DNA of 64,000 nucleotides from Alphaproteobacteria bacterium UBA3768 (GTDB lineage Bacteria; Pseudomonadota; Alphaproteobacteria; CAAHEQ01; UBA3637): NCBI GenBank assembly GCA_002372315.1, contig DFFU01000008.1, positions 12,014 to 76,013 of the forward strand, read 5' to 3'. Shown piece by piece: positions 55,816 to 64,000 of this stretch (position 1 is its first letter; each line of letters starts with the position of its first letter). The notes under the pieces were generated by a model. It saw only the letters and a program-made list of their open reading frames with translations, ran no database searches and was not told where the DNA came from. The position numbers and the translations under genes were made by a program.

Positions 55816-56219
55816 AAATATGTTATAACTTGAAAGGATTAAAAAAATGGCAAGAATTAAAATGCAATGGGTGAATATGGGGTGGGGGTGTTCTTTCCAG
55901 TCGGAGATTCCGCAAACTAAGCGGGCTTTTGAACGCACGGAAAACAAAAAAATTAATCATCAAGTCAAACACATCAATCGTAATCAACAAAATATCAGAT
56001 TCGCACAATTTGGCAGAACAAGATAAGAAGAAAAAATGACAAAAGGTTTATTCACAAGTACAGAAGAAATTGAATTTCAAAATGCTTTCGTCAATGGACA
56101 CATTGACCCCTTTAAAAATTCTTCAATAGTTTTGCACAATGTACACTAAGAAATTGTCGCGTGGCTCAAAATTTAAAATATATCAATCAAAGGCAAAAGT
56201 GTTTTGTATGGCGTGAACG

Positions 56220-57221
56220 CTAAGTCAATTGTACCAACATTTTTGCCAAAATAAATTGATGATGTCGTGTTAAAAAGACCATCCAACGTTTGATGATATT
56301 TAACCGTTTGAAATCTACAATTTTATTGTTGTAAAAGTAATTGATATATTGAGCGGAAAGTAAAAACATTTTTTTACAACTTTTAAAGTTTTTATTCTTT
56401 TTTAAATTTTTACGAATGACCATTCGATAGCAATCATTGACTAGATCATATTCAAAATCAGAACGATATTTTTCGGGAACTTTTCCTGTCTTTAAAAAAG
56501 TATCATAGCTTAGTTGTATTCGATTTGCTGTGGTACGTACATAGCGTTCAAAATTTAACTTGCCGTTGACAGATGTTGGATTTTTGCGATAATAATAAAG
56601 TACATCTGGAATTAAAACTTTGCGTGAAATTGTATCATGTACCAAACAGCCATAAAAATAATCTTCTTCATAAGCCAATTTATTTGAAAAACGCAAATAT
56701 TTTACTTTGTCCCATTTATACAACTTATTCCATATATTGATCCACGGACCAATACGAGTCTTATTAGACCAAAAAATATTCATATCGTCCAAAATTTTGA
56801 TATCCTTACGTGGATATTTAACTTCTTTGTATTCGGGTAAAATTGTATTGTGTTCCACACGTGTTAAACAACATTCCACGACGTCAGCTTTGTATTTTTT
56901 CATATAATAGGCCAGCGTCTCCAATGTTTTGGGATGAATCATATCATCTGTATCCAGATAAAAAATAGCATCTGTATCTTTTGAAACTTTATCCAATAAT
57001 TCGTTACGGGAAGATGTAACACCTGCATTTTTATGACTGAAAACCTTGATGCGTTTATCTTTACGCGCATAATCTTTTAAAATCTGAAGGGTTTTGTCTT
57101 TTGAGCCATCATCCATAATCAATGCTTCAAAATTTTTATGGGTTTGAGCCAAAATACTGTCCAAACATACCCCCACATATTGGGCAACATTATAGGCTGG
57201 TAAGATCAAAGAAATTTTCAT
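56220..57221 (-). CDS. Family 2 glycosyltransferase
   Basis: GT-A N-terminus ISLILPAYNVAQYVGVCLDSILAQTHKNFEALIMDDGSKD. RBS GGAGGAAAA. Confidence 0.75.
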   Translation of the reverse strand: MKISLILPAYNVAQYVGVCLDSILAQTHKNFEALIMDDGSKDKTLQILKDYARKDKRIKVFSHKNAGVTSSRNELLDKVSKDTDAIFYLDTDDMIHPKTLETLAYYMKKYKADVVECCLTRVEHNTILPEYKEVKYPRKDIKILDDMNIFWSNKTRIGPWINIWNKLYKWDKVKYLRFSNKLAYEEDYFYGCLVHDTISRKVLIPDVLYYYRKNPTSVNGKLNFERYVRTTANRIQLSYDTFLKTGKVPEKYRSDFEYDLVNDCYRMVIRKNLKKNKNFKSCKKMFLLSAQYINYFYNNKIVDFKRLNIIKRWMVFLTRHHQFILAKMLVQLT

Positions 57222-57344
57222 TTTTCCTCCTTTGGTTTTAGGATAAAACACTTATTGAAAAAAAGCAACTTTTTTTTGATAAAAAAGGACTTGTATTTTC
57301 TTTTAAAATACCGTACAATCTTTCGAGATATAAAGGGAAACAAA

Positions 57345-59723
57345 ATGCGTTTTTTACAAACAATTGTCAGTCTTTTTTTCTTTGGTGGAATTGCTTTGGT
57401 CACATTGGCCTTTTTGGTTGTTATGCATTATTCTATAGGCTTGCCTGATTATCGTCAGTTGGAAGATTATCGTCCGCCTATTACAACACGCCTTTATGCT
57501 CAAGATGGTTCTCTGTTGGCGGAATACGCCACACAAAAGCGTTCTTTTGTTCCTGTTGAAAAGATACCAGATTTGTTAAAACAGGCCTTTATTTCTGCTG
57601 AGGATAAAAATTTTTACACACATGGAGGCATTGATTTTACGGGGATTGTACGTGCGGTCTTGAATAATGTAAAGCATTTGGGAACGGGTAAGCGTCCAAT
57701 GGGGGCTTCTACTATTACCCAGCAGGTTGCTAAAAACTTTTTTTTAAGTTCGGAAAGGTCTTTGTCTCGCAAAATTAAAGAGGCTCTTTTGGCTCGACGT
57801 ATGGAGGATGCTTTTTCCAAAGACCATATTTTAGAACTTTATTTAAATGAAATTTATTTGGGGCAAGGATCTTACGGTGTCGCTAGCGCAGCAATGGCGT
57901 ACTTTAATAAAGCAATGAACGAATTGACTTTAGACGAAATGGCCTTTTTAGCGGCTTTGCCCAAAGCCCCTAACAACTATCATCCCTTGCGCCATTCAGA
58001 GGCAGCCAAAGAACGTCGTGATTGGGTGTTATCCCGTATGGCTGAAGATGGCTACATCACACAATCAGAGGCAGAGCAAGCTCAATCTGTTCCTATTCAT
58101 ATGATTCCAAGTGAAACAAAGACTTTGAAAGAAGGTCAATATTTTGCTGAGGAGGTGCGTCGTTTTGTGGTGGATAAATATGGGGATGAATCCATCAATT
58201 TGGGGGGATTGACAATTCGTACCTCCATTAAACCAGATTTGCAAAAGTATGCTTCTCAGTCTTTACAAAATGGGCTGATTGAATATGATCGCCGTCATGG
58301 TTGGCGTGGGCCAGTGGCTCATACAGATGGGGATGTAAGAGTGCTATTGCCAGAATACAAAAAATTTTATGCGCCCAAAAATTGGCAATATGCGGGGGTC
58401 ATTGGTGTTCAAGATGATTTTGCCGATATTATTTTATCTGATGGTGTAAAGGGACAAATTCCTTTATCTCAATTGACTTGGGCAAAGCCGGCGTTGCCTG
58501 AAAATCGTATTTCAACGCAAAAAATTGAAAGAGTTTCGGATGTTTTATCGGTGGGGGACATTGTTTTGGTATCTAAGGAAAAAGAACAGTATGCCTTGCA
58601 ACAAATGCCAGCGGTGGAAGGTGCATTAGTAGCGTTGGATCCACATACGGGGCGTGTTTTGGCAATGTCTGGTGGATTTGCATTTGAACGCAACCAATTT
58701 AATCGTGCTGTTCAAGCCTTCCGTCAGCCAGGTTCTTCCTTTAAGCCTTTTGTGTATTTGGCGGCTTTGGATGCAGGCTATAATCCGTCTAACCTTATTT
58801 TGGATGCGCCTTTGGTGATGGAAAATATTGATGGGAGCAAATGGAAGCCTCAAAACTACTCACGTCAATTTTATGGCCCAACAACTTTGCGTGTAGGAAT
58901 TGAAAAATCTCGTAACTTGATGACCGTGCGTTTGGCTCAGGCAATTGGTATGGGAAAAATTTTGGAATATGGTAAAAAGTTTGGTATTTCTGATAAGTTG
59001 GAACCTAATTTGGCAACAGCCTTGGGAGCTGGTGAAACGACTTTGATGCGATTGACTTCGGCTTATGGTATGTTGGTCAATGGTGGTAAAAAAATTGAAC
59101 CAACTCTAATTGATCGTATTCAAGATAGATCTGGAAAAACGCTTTATAAAAAAGATACACGTGTTTGTGAAAATTGTACAGGTGATATGGCGTCTGTGGA
59201 TGATATGCCCGTATTGCCAGATGTGCGTGAGCAGATCCAAGACCCTGTAAGTGCCTATCAAATGGTGAATATCCTAACGGGGGTGGTGGAACGTGGAACG
59301 GGTAAGTCTGTTCGTTCTGTGAAGAAGACTTTAGGGGCAAAAACGGGAACGAGTAATGATAACCGTGATGCGTGGTTTGTTGGCTTTTCACCAGACTTGG
59401 TTGTGGGGGTTTGGGTGGGCTTTGATAATCCCATCAGCTTGGGTGCTCATGATACAGGGGGTGTGGTTGCGGCCCCAATTTTCCGTGAGTTTATGAAACA
59501 AGCCTTGGCCAATACGCCTGATATTCCTTTTCGTATTCCTGAAGGGGTAAAATTGGTACGTGTGAATTTAACAACGGGGCGTCCTGCTAAAGCTGGGGAT
59601 AGCAATGTAGTAACTGAGGCTTTTCGTATGGATACAGATTTAACGAAGCCCCAAAAATTGATAGGTCAGGATATTGTTATCAGTGAAGAGGACGATGTTC
59701 CTGATTTAGGTGGTTTATATTAA
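57345..59723 (+). CDS. mrcA: Class A penicillin-binding protein 1A (glycosyltransferase + transpeptidase)
   Basis: N-terminal TM anchor, GT51 motifs (EDKNFYTHGGID, RKIKEA) and transpeptidase motifs SSFKP, SRN and KTGT. Confidence 0.9.
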   Translation: MRFLQTIVSLFFFGGIALVTLAFLVVMHYSIGLPDYRQLEDYRPPITTRLYAQDGSLLAEYATQKRSFVPVEKIPDLLKQAFISAEDKNFYTHGGIDFTGIVRAVLNNVKHLGTGKRPMGASTITQQVAKNFFLSSERSLSRKIKEALLARRMEDAFSKDHILELYLNEIYLGQGSYGVASAAMAYFNKAMNELTLDEMAFLAALPKAPNNYHPLRHSEAAKERRDWVLSRMAEDGYITQSEAEQAQSVPIHMIPSETKTLKEGQYFAEEVRRFVVDKYGDESINLGGLTIRTSIKPDLQKYASQSLQNGLIEYDRRHGWRGPVAHTDGDVRVLLPEYKKFYAPKNWQYAGVIGVQDDFADIILSDGVKGQIPLSQLTWAKPALPENRISTQKIERVSDVLSVGDIVLVSKEKEQYALQQMPAVEGALVALDPHTGRVLAMSGGFAFERNQFNRAVQAFRQPGSSFKPFVYLAALDAGYNPSNLILDAPLVMENIDGSKWKPQNYSRQFYGPTTLRVGIEKSRNLMTVRLAQAIGMGKILEYGKKFGISDKLEPNLATALGAGETTLMRLTSAYGMLVNGGKKIEPTLIDRIQDRSGKTLYKKDTRVCENCTGDMASVDDMPVLPDVREQIQDPVSAYQMVNILTGVVERGTGKSVRSVKKTLGAKTGTSNDNRDAWFVGFSPDLVVGVWVGFDNPISLGAHDTGGVVAAPIFREFMKQALANTPDIPFRIPEGVKLVRVNLTTGRPAKAGDSNVVTEAFRMDTDLTKPQKLIGQDIVISEEDDVPDLGGLY

Positions 59724-59735
59724 AAAGGGTAAAAA

Positions 59736-60840
59736 ATGAAATCAGAAATCATCAATTTGAATGAAAAGTATCGGGGCATCTTGACCCTGATAAAGGAGCG
59801 TCTTTGACTGGGATAAAGCTCTGTCCCGTCGTGATGAATTAGAACAATTGGTTGCAGATGGTAATCTGTGGAATGATCCCGAACGTGCCCAAAAAATTTT
59901 ATCCGAACGTACATCACTCAATAACGCAATTGAACGCGTGCAACAGGCTGAAACACAAGTCCAAAACACTTATGAGATGATTGAAATGGCAGAAAGCGAA
60001 AACGAACAAGATTTGTTGGTTGATGCTGAAAAACAATTTGAACTGATGGAAAAAGATTTTGAAAAAATGGAATTGGAAAGTCTTCTTTCTGGAGAAGGTG
60101 ATAAAAATGATGCTTTCTTGGAAATTCATTCAGGGGCTGGTGGTACGGAATCGCAGGATTGGGCCTCTATGTTGGAGCGTATGTATATGCGCTGGGCTGA
60201 AAAGTCAGGTTATCAAGTGGAACTGTTGGAAGAATCAGCAGGGGAGGAAGCGGGTATTAAGTCCGCTACTTTGAAAATTTCCGGTCTAAATGCTTACGGA
60301 TGGTTGAAGTTTGAATCAGGGGTTCACCGCTTGGTGCGTATTTCGCCTTTTGATTCTAATGCGCGTCGTCATACCAGTTTTTCATCTGTGTGGGTTTATC
60401 CTGTGGTGGATGATTCTATTCAAGTAGATATCAATCCAGCCGATTGCCGAATTGATTTATACCGTGCCAGTGGCGCTGGTGGTCAGCATGTAAACAGAAC
60501 AGAAAGTGCTGTACGTATTACGCATATGCCAACGGGGATTGTGGTGGCCTGTCAAACACAACGCAGTCAGTTCCAAAATCGTGAACAAGCATGGAATATG
60601 TTGCGCGCACGATTGTATGAACGGGAATTACAAAAGCGTCAAGAAGCACAAGGTATGGTAAACGCCCAAAAAGGGGATAACGGTTGGGGTAACCAAATTC
60701 GATCCTATGTACTGCAACCTTATCAGATGGTCAAAGATTTGCGTACTAATTATGAAACATCAGATACAAGCGGTGTGTTGGATGGCGATTTGGATGGTTT
60801 TATGCGGGCCGCATTGGCTGAATTGAATAAGGGAAAATAA
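59736..60840 (+). CDS. prfB: Peptide chain release factor 2, requires programmed +1 ribosomal frameshift at CUU UGA C (59802-59808)
   Basis: Frame 0 ([23 protein letters not shown]) ends at an in-frame UGA preceded by the SD-like AGGAG and CUU. The +1 frame continues [15 protein letters not shown]... into the RF2 body with SPF and GGQ motifs ([18 protein letters not shown]). Confidence 0.9.
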
Positions 60841-60841
60841 C

Positions 60842-61486
60842 ATGAAACTTTTTTATCAAACCAAACAAACCGAAGAGCATATTACGATTTTTTTGATGAA
60901 TATTATGCAGGCTGGATATTTGTTTTTACAGGCTTTAGAAAGTTATATAGTTAAAGGTTGTGATAAAAAATTTAAGGTCCTTCAAAAGCAAATTAGTGCA
61001 TTAGAGGCTGAAAACGATTCGTTGCGTCGTCAAACAGAGTTAAACCTCTATCATCATATGATTTTACCTGGAATGCGTTCTGACATTATTGATTTATTGG
61101 AAGGCTGTGATAAAATTATCAATAAGTACGAATCTGATGTTATTTTGTGGTCAGTTGAAAGACCACAATTGCCCCAAACTATGCATGACTTACTCAAAGA
61201 AATGGTTCATACTGATTTATCTTGTGTTGGGGCGTTGGTAGGCGCTGTAAAATCCTTTTTGGCAGGTTATGATGTGGATACAGAGATTCAAAACGTTTAT
61301 GAATTGGAACATCAAGTGGATTTAATGGCTATTCATTTAAAAGAAGAAGTTTTTTTAAATAAGCGTCTAAATTTAGCCCGTCAACTACAGCTAAAAAGTT
61401 TTATTTATAGCTTAGAAAAAATTTCAGATATGGCTGAAGATACGGCCGATAAATTAAAAGTGGTGGTGGCCAAACATTCATTATGA
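60842..61486 (+). CDS. DUF47 (PhoU-like, YkaA family) putative phosphate-transport regulator
   Basis: All-helical 214-aa protein immediately upstream of and overlapping a PiT transporter gene, the typical pairing. Confidence 0.75.
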   Translation: MKLFYQTKQTEEHITIFLMNIMQAGYLFLQALESYIVKGCDKKFKVLQKQISALEAENDSLRRQTELNLYHHMILPGMRSDIIDLLEGCDKIINKYESDVILWSVERPQLPQTMHDLLKEMVHTDLSCVGALVGAVKSFLAGYDVDTEIQNVYELEHQVDLMAIHLKEEVFLNKRLNLARQLQLKSFIYSLEKISDMAEDTADKLKVVVAKHSL

Positions 61487-62451
61487 TTGCATTTGTATTC
61501 CTTTTGGGTGGTTTTATTTTAGCACTCAGTTTTGGGCGTAACATATTGGGAAATGTGTTTGGATCTGCCATTGGTACAAATATGCTACCGCTCAAATTGT
61601 GTGCAGTCTTGATGGGGATTTTTGTGATGTTAGGTGCCTTTTGTGGTTCAGGGGAGGTTGCCCAAAATATGGTGCGCTACATTCATTTTACTTCACCATT
61701 TCAAGTATTTTATTTTTCTATTTTATTATCTTTAGTCATATTTTTATTGACTTATTTCGGGTTGCCACTATCTGTTGCACAATTGGGCATGGGGGCATTA
61801 GCAGGGTGGAATTTGGCCTCAGGTGGCTTGGTACAATTTTCGGATATTTTAAATTTGGTTAAGGCTTGGATTTTTAGTCCTTTAATAGCAGGAGTTATTG
61901 CTTTTTATGCTTTTTTATTTTTACGTTGCTATTTAAAGGTTCATCCTATTGCACTTTTGCGTCGTGACCTGTGGGTACGTTTTCATATGATTTGGATTGG
62001 TTGTTTAATGGCGTATATGATAGGGGGGAATAATTTATCTGTGATTATTCAACCATTTGTTTATATCTTAAATTTGCCTATTTTAATCATTAAAATCAGT
62101 ATATGTTTATTTGTGTTCGTGGGGTGTTTACTCGCCTCACATAGAGTGGTCAGAACAGTCAGTTATGATTTATTCCCGCTTTCGCCACTGGAAGCCATGA
62201 TTGCTTCATTTTCGGCGGCCATGACATTGTTTTTGTTTTCACAAAACATTCCTTTTCTACCTGCAATTCCTGTTTCTTCAGGGGCTTCTTTGATTGGTGG
62301 AATTGTGGGGATTTCTATGGCCAAAGGAGGTTATGGACTCAAGATCAAATCATTGATATGGGTGGCATGTTCGTGGATGTGGGCACCATTTTTATCGGGC
62401 TTGACATGCTATATTTTTGCCACTATACTGCGTACAGGGGGATTTTTATAG
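61483..62451 (+). CDS. pitA: Inorganic phosphate transporter, PiT (PHO4) family
   Basis: Polytopic membrane protein with PiT signatures (GNNLSVIIQPF..., GASLIGGIVGISMAKGG). Confidence 0.85.
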   Translation: MIAFVFLLGGFILALSFGRNILGNVFGSAIGTNMLPLKLCAVLMGIFVMLGAFCGSGEVAQNMVRYIHFTSPFQVFYFSILLSLVIFLLTYFGLPLSVAQLGMGALAGWNLASGGLVQFSDILNLVKAWIFSPLIAGVIAFYAFLFLRCYLKVHPIALLRRDLWVRFHMIWIGCLMAYMIGGNNLSVIIQPFVYILNLPILIIKISICLFVFVGCLLASHRVVRTVSYDLFPLSPLEAMIASFSAAMTLFLFSQNIPFLPAIPVSSGASLIGGIVGISMAKGGYGLKIKSLIWVACSWMWAPFLSGLTCYIFATILRTGGFL

Positions 62452-62452
62452 A

Positions 62453-64000
62453 ATGAAGAAAAAGCTGGAAAAATTATTCAGACGCTTGTTTCGGATTGTT
62501 TGGTGTTTGGTTGAATTGGTTTTGGCGTGCATCATTGTGGCTGTTAGTTTGATCTTATATGAACTGCATACTTCACCAATGGATGGGCGTTTTTTGCTGC
62601 CAGAATTAGAAAAATATGTTCTGCCTCCTGATAGTGGTTATCAAATTCAATCAGACTCTGTTGTTATTTCGTCAGATTGGCAAAGGCCTGGTTTGATTCA
62701 GATTGATATTGAAAATATGCAAGTTTTGCGCCCTGATGAAACAGTTGAGATGGCATTGCCTAAAGCGATGTTATCTTATGATTTATGGCATATTTTAACC
62801 TTAAATTATATGCCCAGTATGATTTTGTTAAAAGAACCTTATGCCCATTTAATTTTATCGGATAAAGGCATCAGTGTGCAAACAAAACCCGATGAAAAAC
62901 CACATCCTATGGATTTAGATTGGGGTAAGCGTTTGGTCAAACATATGTTGGCCTTTCGGCGTATTAGTATTGAAGATGCTCAATTGATTATTGATGATTT
63001 AACCCATAAAAGAACTTTTAAATTTTCGGATGGGGATTTAAAGTTTCATCGGCATTTGCATTGGACTCAGGAAATGAATTTTAATACTCAGGTTCAATCT
63101 GAGGGTATTGATACGCGATTGATACTGTCAGCAGAATTAAATCGCCTTACTAAGAATTTATCTTTTCAAGCGGGCATTCCTTCCATTAATTTGAGTACAT
63201 TAGGGCATTTGTTGCCTGTTTTAAAGGGGGTCAATTTTGATACTCAAATTTCATTAAAGGGTGATTTTGATGTGGCAGGAAAGTTAGCTTTTGTACCAGA
63301 TATTGTTCAAAAAATTCATTTTAATATTCAGTCCTTGGGGACTGGAACGCTTGATTTACCAGAGCCTTTGACAAATATTTATCCCATAGAATCATTAAAT
63401 ATCAATGGTGTTGTGGGGCAAGGTTGTCATATGGTTAAAATTGCCTCATCTAGTGTGGCTTTATCCTATGGTACAACGGCATCTTTGGATGTGGATGTTG
63501 TGGGTGTCAATGAATTTTTAAAAACTGGCGATTTAAATCACATTCAAACCATATTAAAATCAACAGTTCAAAATGTTCCTACTGAAAAAATAGGGGCTGT
63601 ATGGCCACGTGGAGTGGGGACCAGTTCTCATGATTGGGTAGCACAATCTTTAACGAATGGTTCTGCAAAAACGGCTGATTTTACCCTCTATTTTAAAGGC
63701 GATGAAATAACAGATCTATATGGGGATATTGTAGTTCAAGGAATAACAGTTGATTATTTGCCCCCCATGCCAAAAGTGGATGGTCTGTTTGGGCATGTTT
63801 ATCTGTACCCCGATAAAGTGCATATTGTACCTGAATCAGGTCATATAGGGCATTTAAAGTTGATTTCTGGGGATTTATTGTTGACAGATGTGGATATAGA
63901 TCCTAGTTGGGCAAATATTAAATTGAAAATTTCAGGTCCTGTTTCAGAGGCCTTAGAATTACTGGATAGTCCGCCTTTGGAATTTGTATCAGCATATGGT
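62453..64000 (+). CDS. YhdP/AsmA-like (DUF3971) large envelope protein, 3' end outside window
   Basis: N-terminal TM anchor, then a long beta-rich periplasmic region. Open to the end of the window. Confidence 0.55.
   Translation, partial: MKKKLEKLFRRLFRIVWCLVELVLACIIVAVSLILYELHTSPMDGRFLLPELEKYVLPPDSGYQIQSDSVVISSDWQRPGLIQIDIENMQVLRPDETVEMALPKAMLSYDLWHILTLNYMPSMILLKEPYAHLILSDKGISVQTKPDEKPHPMDLDWGKRLVKHMLAFRRISIEDAQLIIDDLTHKRTFKFSDGDLKFHRHLHWTQEMNFNTQVQSEGIDTRLILSAELNRLTKNLSFQAGIPSINLSTLGHLLPVLKGVNFDTQISLKGDFDVAGKLAFVPDIVQKIHFNIQSLGTGTLDLPEPLTNIYPIESLNINGVVGQGCHMVKIASSSVALSYGTTASLDVDVVGVNEFLKTGDLNHIQTILKSTVQNVPTEKIGAVWPRGVGTSSHDWVAQSLTNGSAKTADFTLYFKGDEITDLYGDIVVQGITVDYLPPMPKVDGLFGHVYLYPDKVHIVPESGHIGHLKLISGDLLLTDVDIDPSWANIKLKISGPVSEALELLDSPPLEFVSAYG

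Noticed and set aside
1-64000. CRISPR arrays, rRNA genes and insertion sequences.
   Set aside because: No short regularly spaced direct repeats, no rRNA-like conserved segments and no transposase-like ORFs were seen anywhere in the window.

Overview
The window is AT-rich bacterial chromosome with the look of a reduced, host-associated alphaproteobacterium-like genome. That reading rests on the rpmH-rnpA-yidD, grpE/rph, aroK/xerD and lptD-surA neighbourhoods, and the lineage is an inference. Most of the window is core housekeeping: ileS, alaS, mnmA, mutY, lon, the Clp-family ATPase gene (symbol clpA is tentative, see findings), rpsT, smpB, grpE, rph, murI, rnr, folD, aroK, xerD, lptG/lptD/surA, mlaA/mlaC, tsaB/rimI, epmA, mrcA, prfB with its +1 frameshift, pitA, and tRNA-Leu(UAA), tRNA-Val(UAC) and tRNA-Pro(UGG).

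Three things stand out.

(1) A roughly 6.4 kb genomic island sits at the 3' end of tRNA-Leu (about 37.3-43.76 kb). About 120-nt imperfect direct repeats bound it; they carry the tRNA 3' end plus its terminator, and the distal copy is a decayed pseudo-tRNA. Next to the tRNA is a degraded P4-like integrase remnant. The cargo is a type IV pilin paralog with a long leader, a TPR/GT41 (O-GlcNAc-transferase-family) glycosyltransferase, and a 745-aa membrane protein that fuses an EptA/PptA-like phosphoethanolamine-transferase (sulfatase-fold) domain to a C-terminal GDPD/PLC-like phosphodiesterase-like domain. A small serine recombinase lies at the distal edge. Together these look like a candidate, apparently undescribed, mobile pilin post-translational-modification (glycosylation plus phosphoform) module.

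(2) A complete trimeric NuoE/NuoF-like plus [FeFe]-hydrogenase operon (hydCBA) with all three H-cluster motifs, preceded by an 11-bp perfect inverted repeat overlapping its promoter. Together with a flavodiiron protein gene this points to an anaerobic lifestyle.

(3) Several oddities in core genes:
- an in-frame lptG-lptD fusion across an A7 homopolymer;
- a ClpA-like AAA+ ATPase with no N-domain and a degenerate first ATPase domain;
- a short AlaRS lacking the C-terminal Ala domain;
- a subtilisin (S8) autotransporter with an N-terminal ankyrin-like region;
- a promoter-plus-terminator-bounded candidate sRNA or leader upstream of tsaB.

A second accessory stretch between the island and tRNA-Val carries a patatin-like phospholipase, a hypothetical protein with a CX3CX2C motif, Hsp20, an acyl-ACP thioesterase and a membrane-anchored methyltransferase. 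No CRISPR array or rRNA is present.
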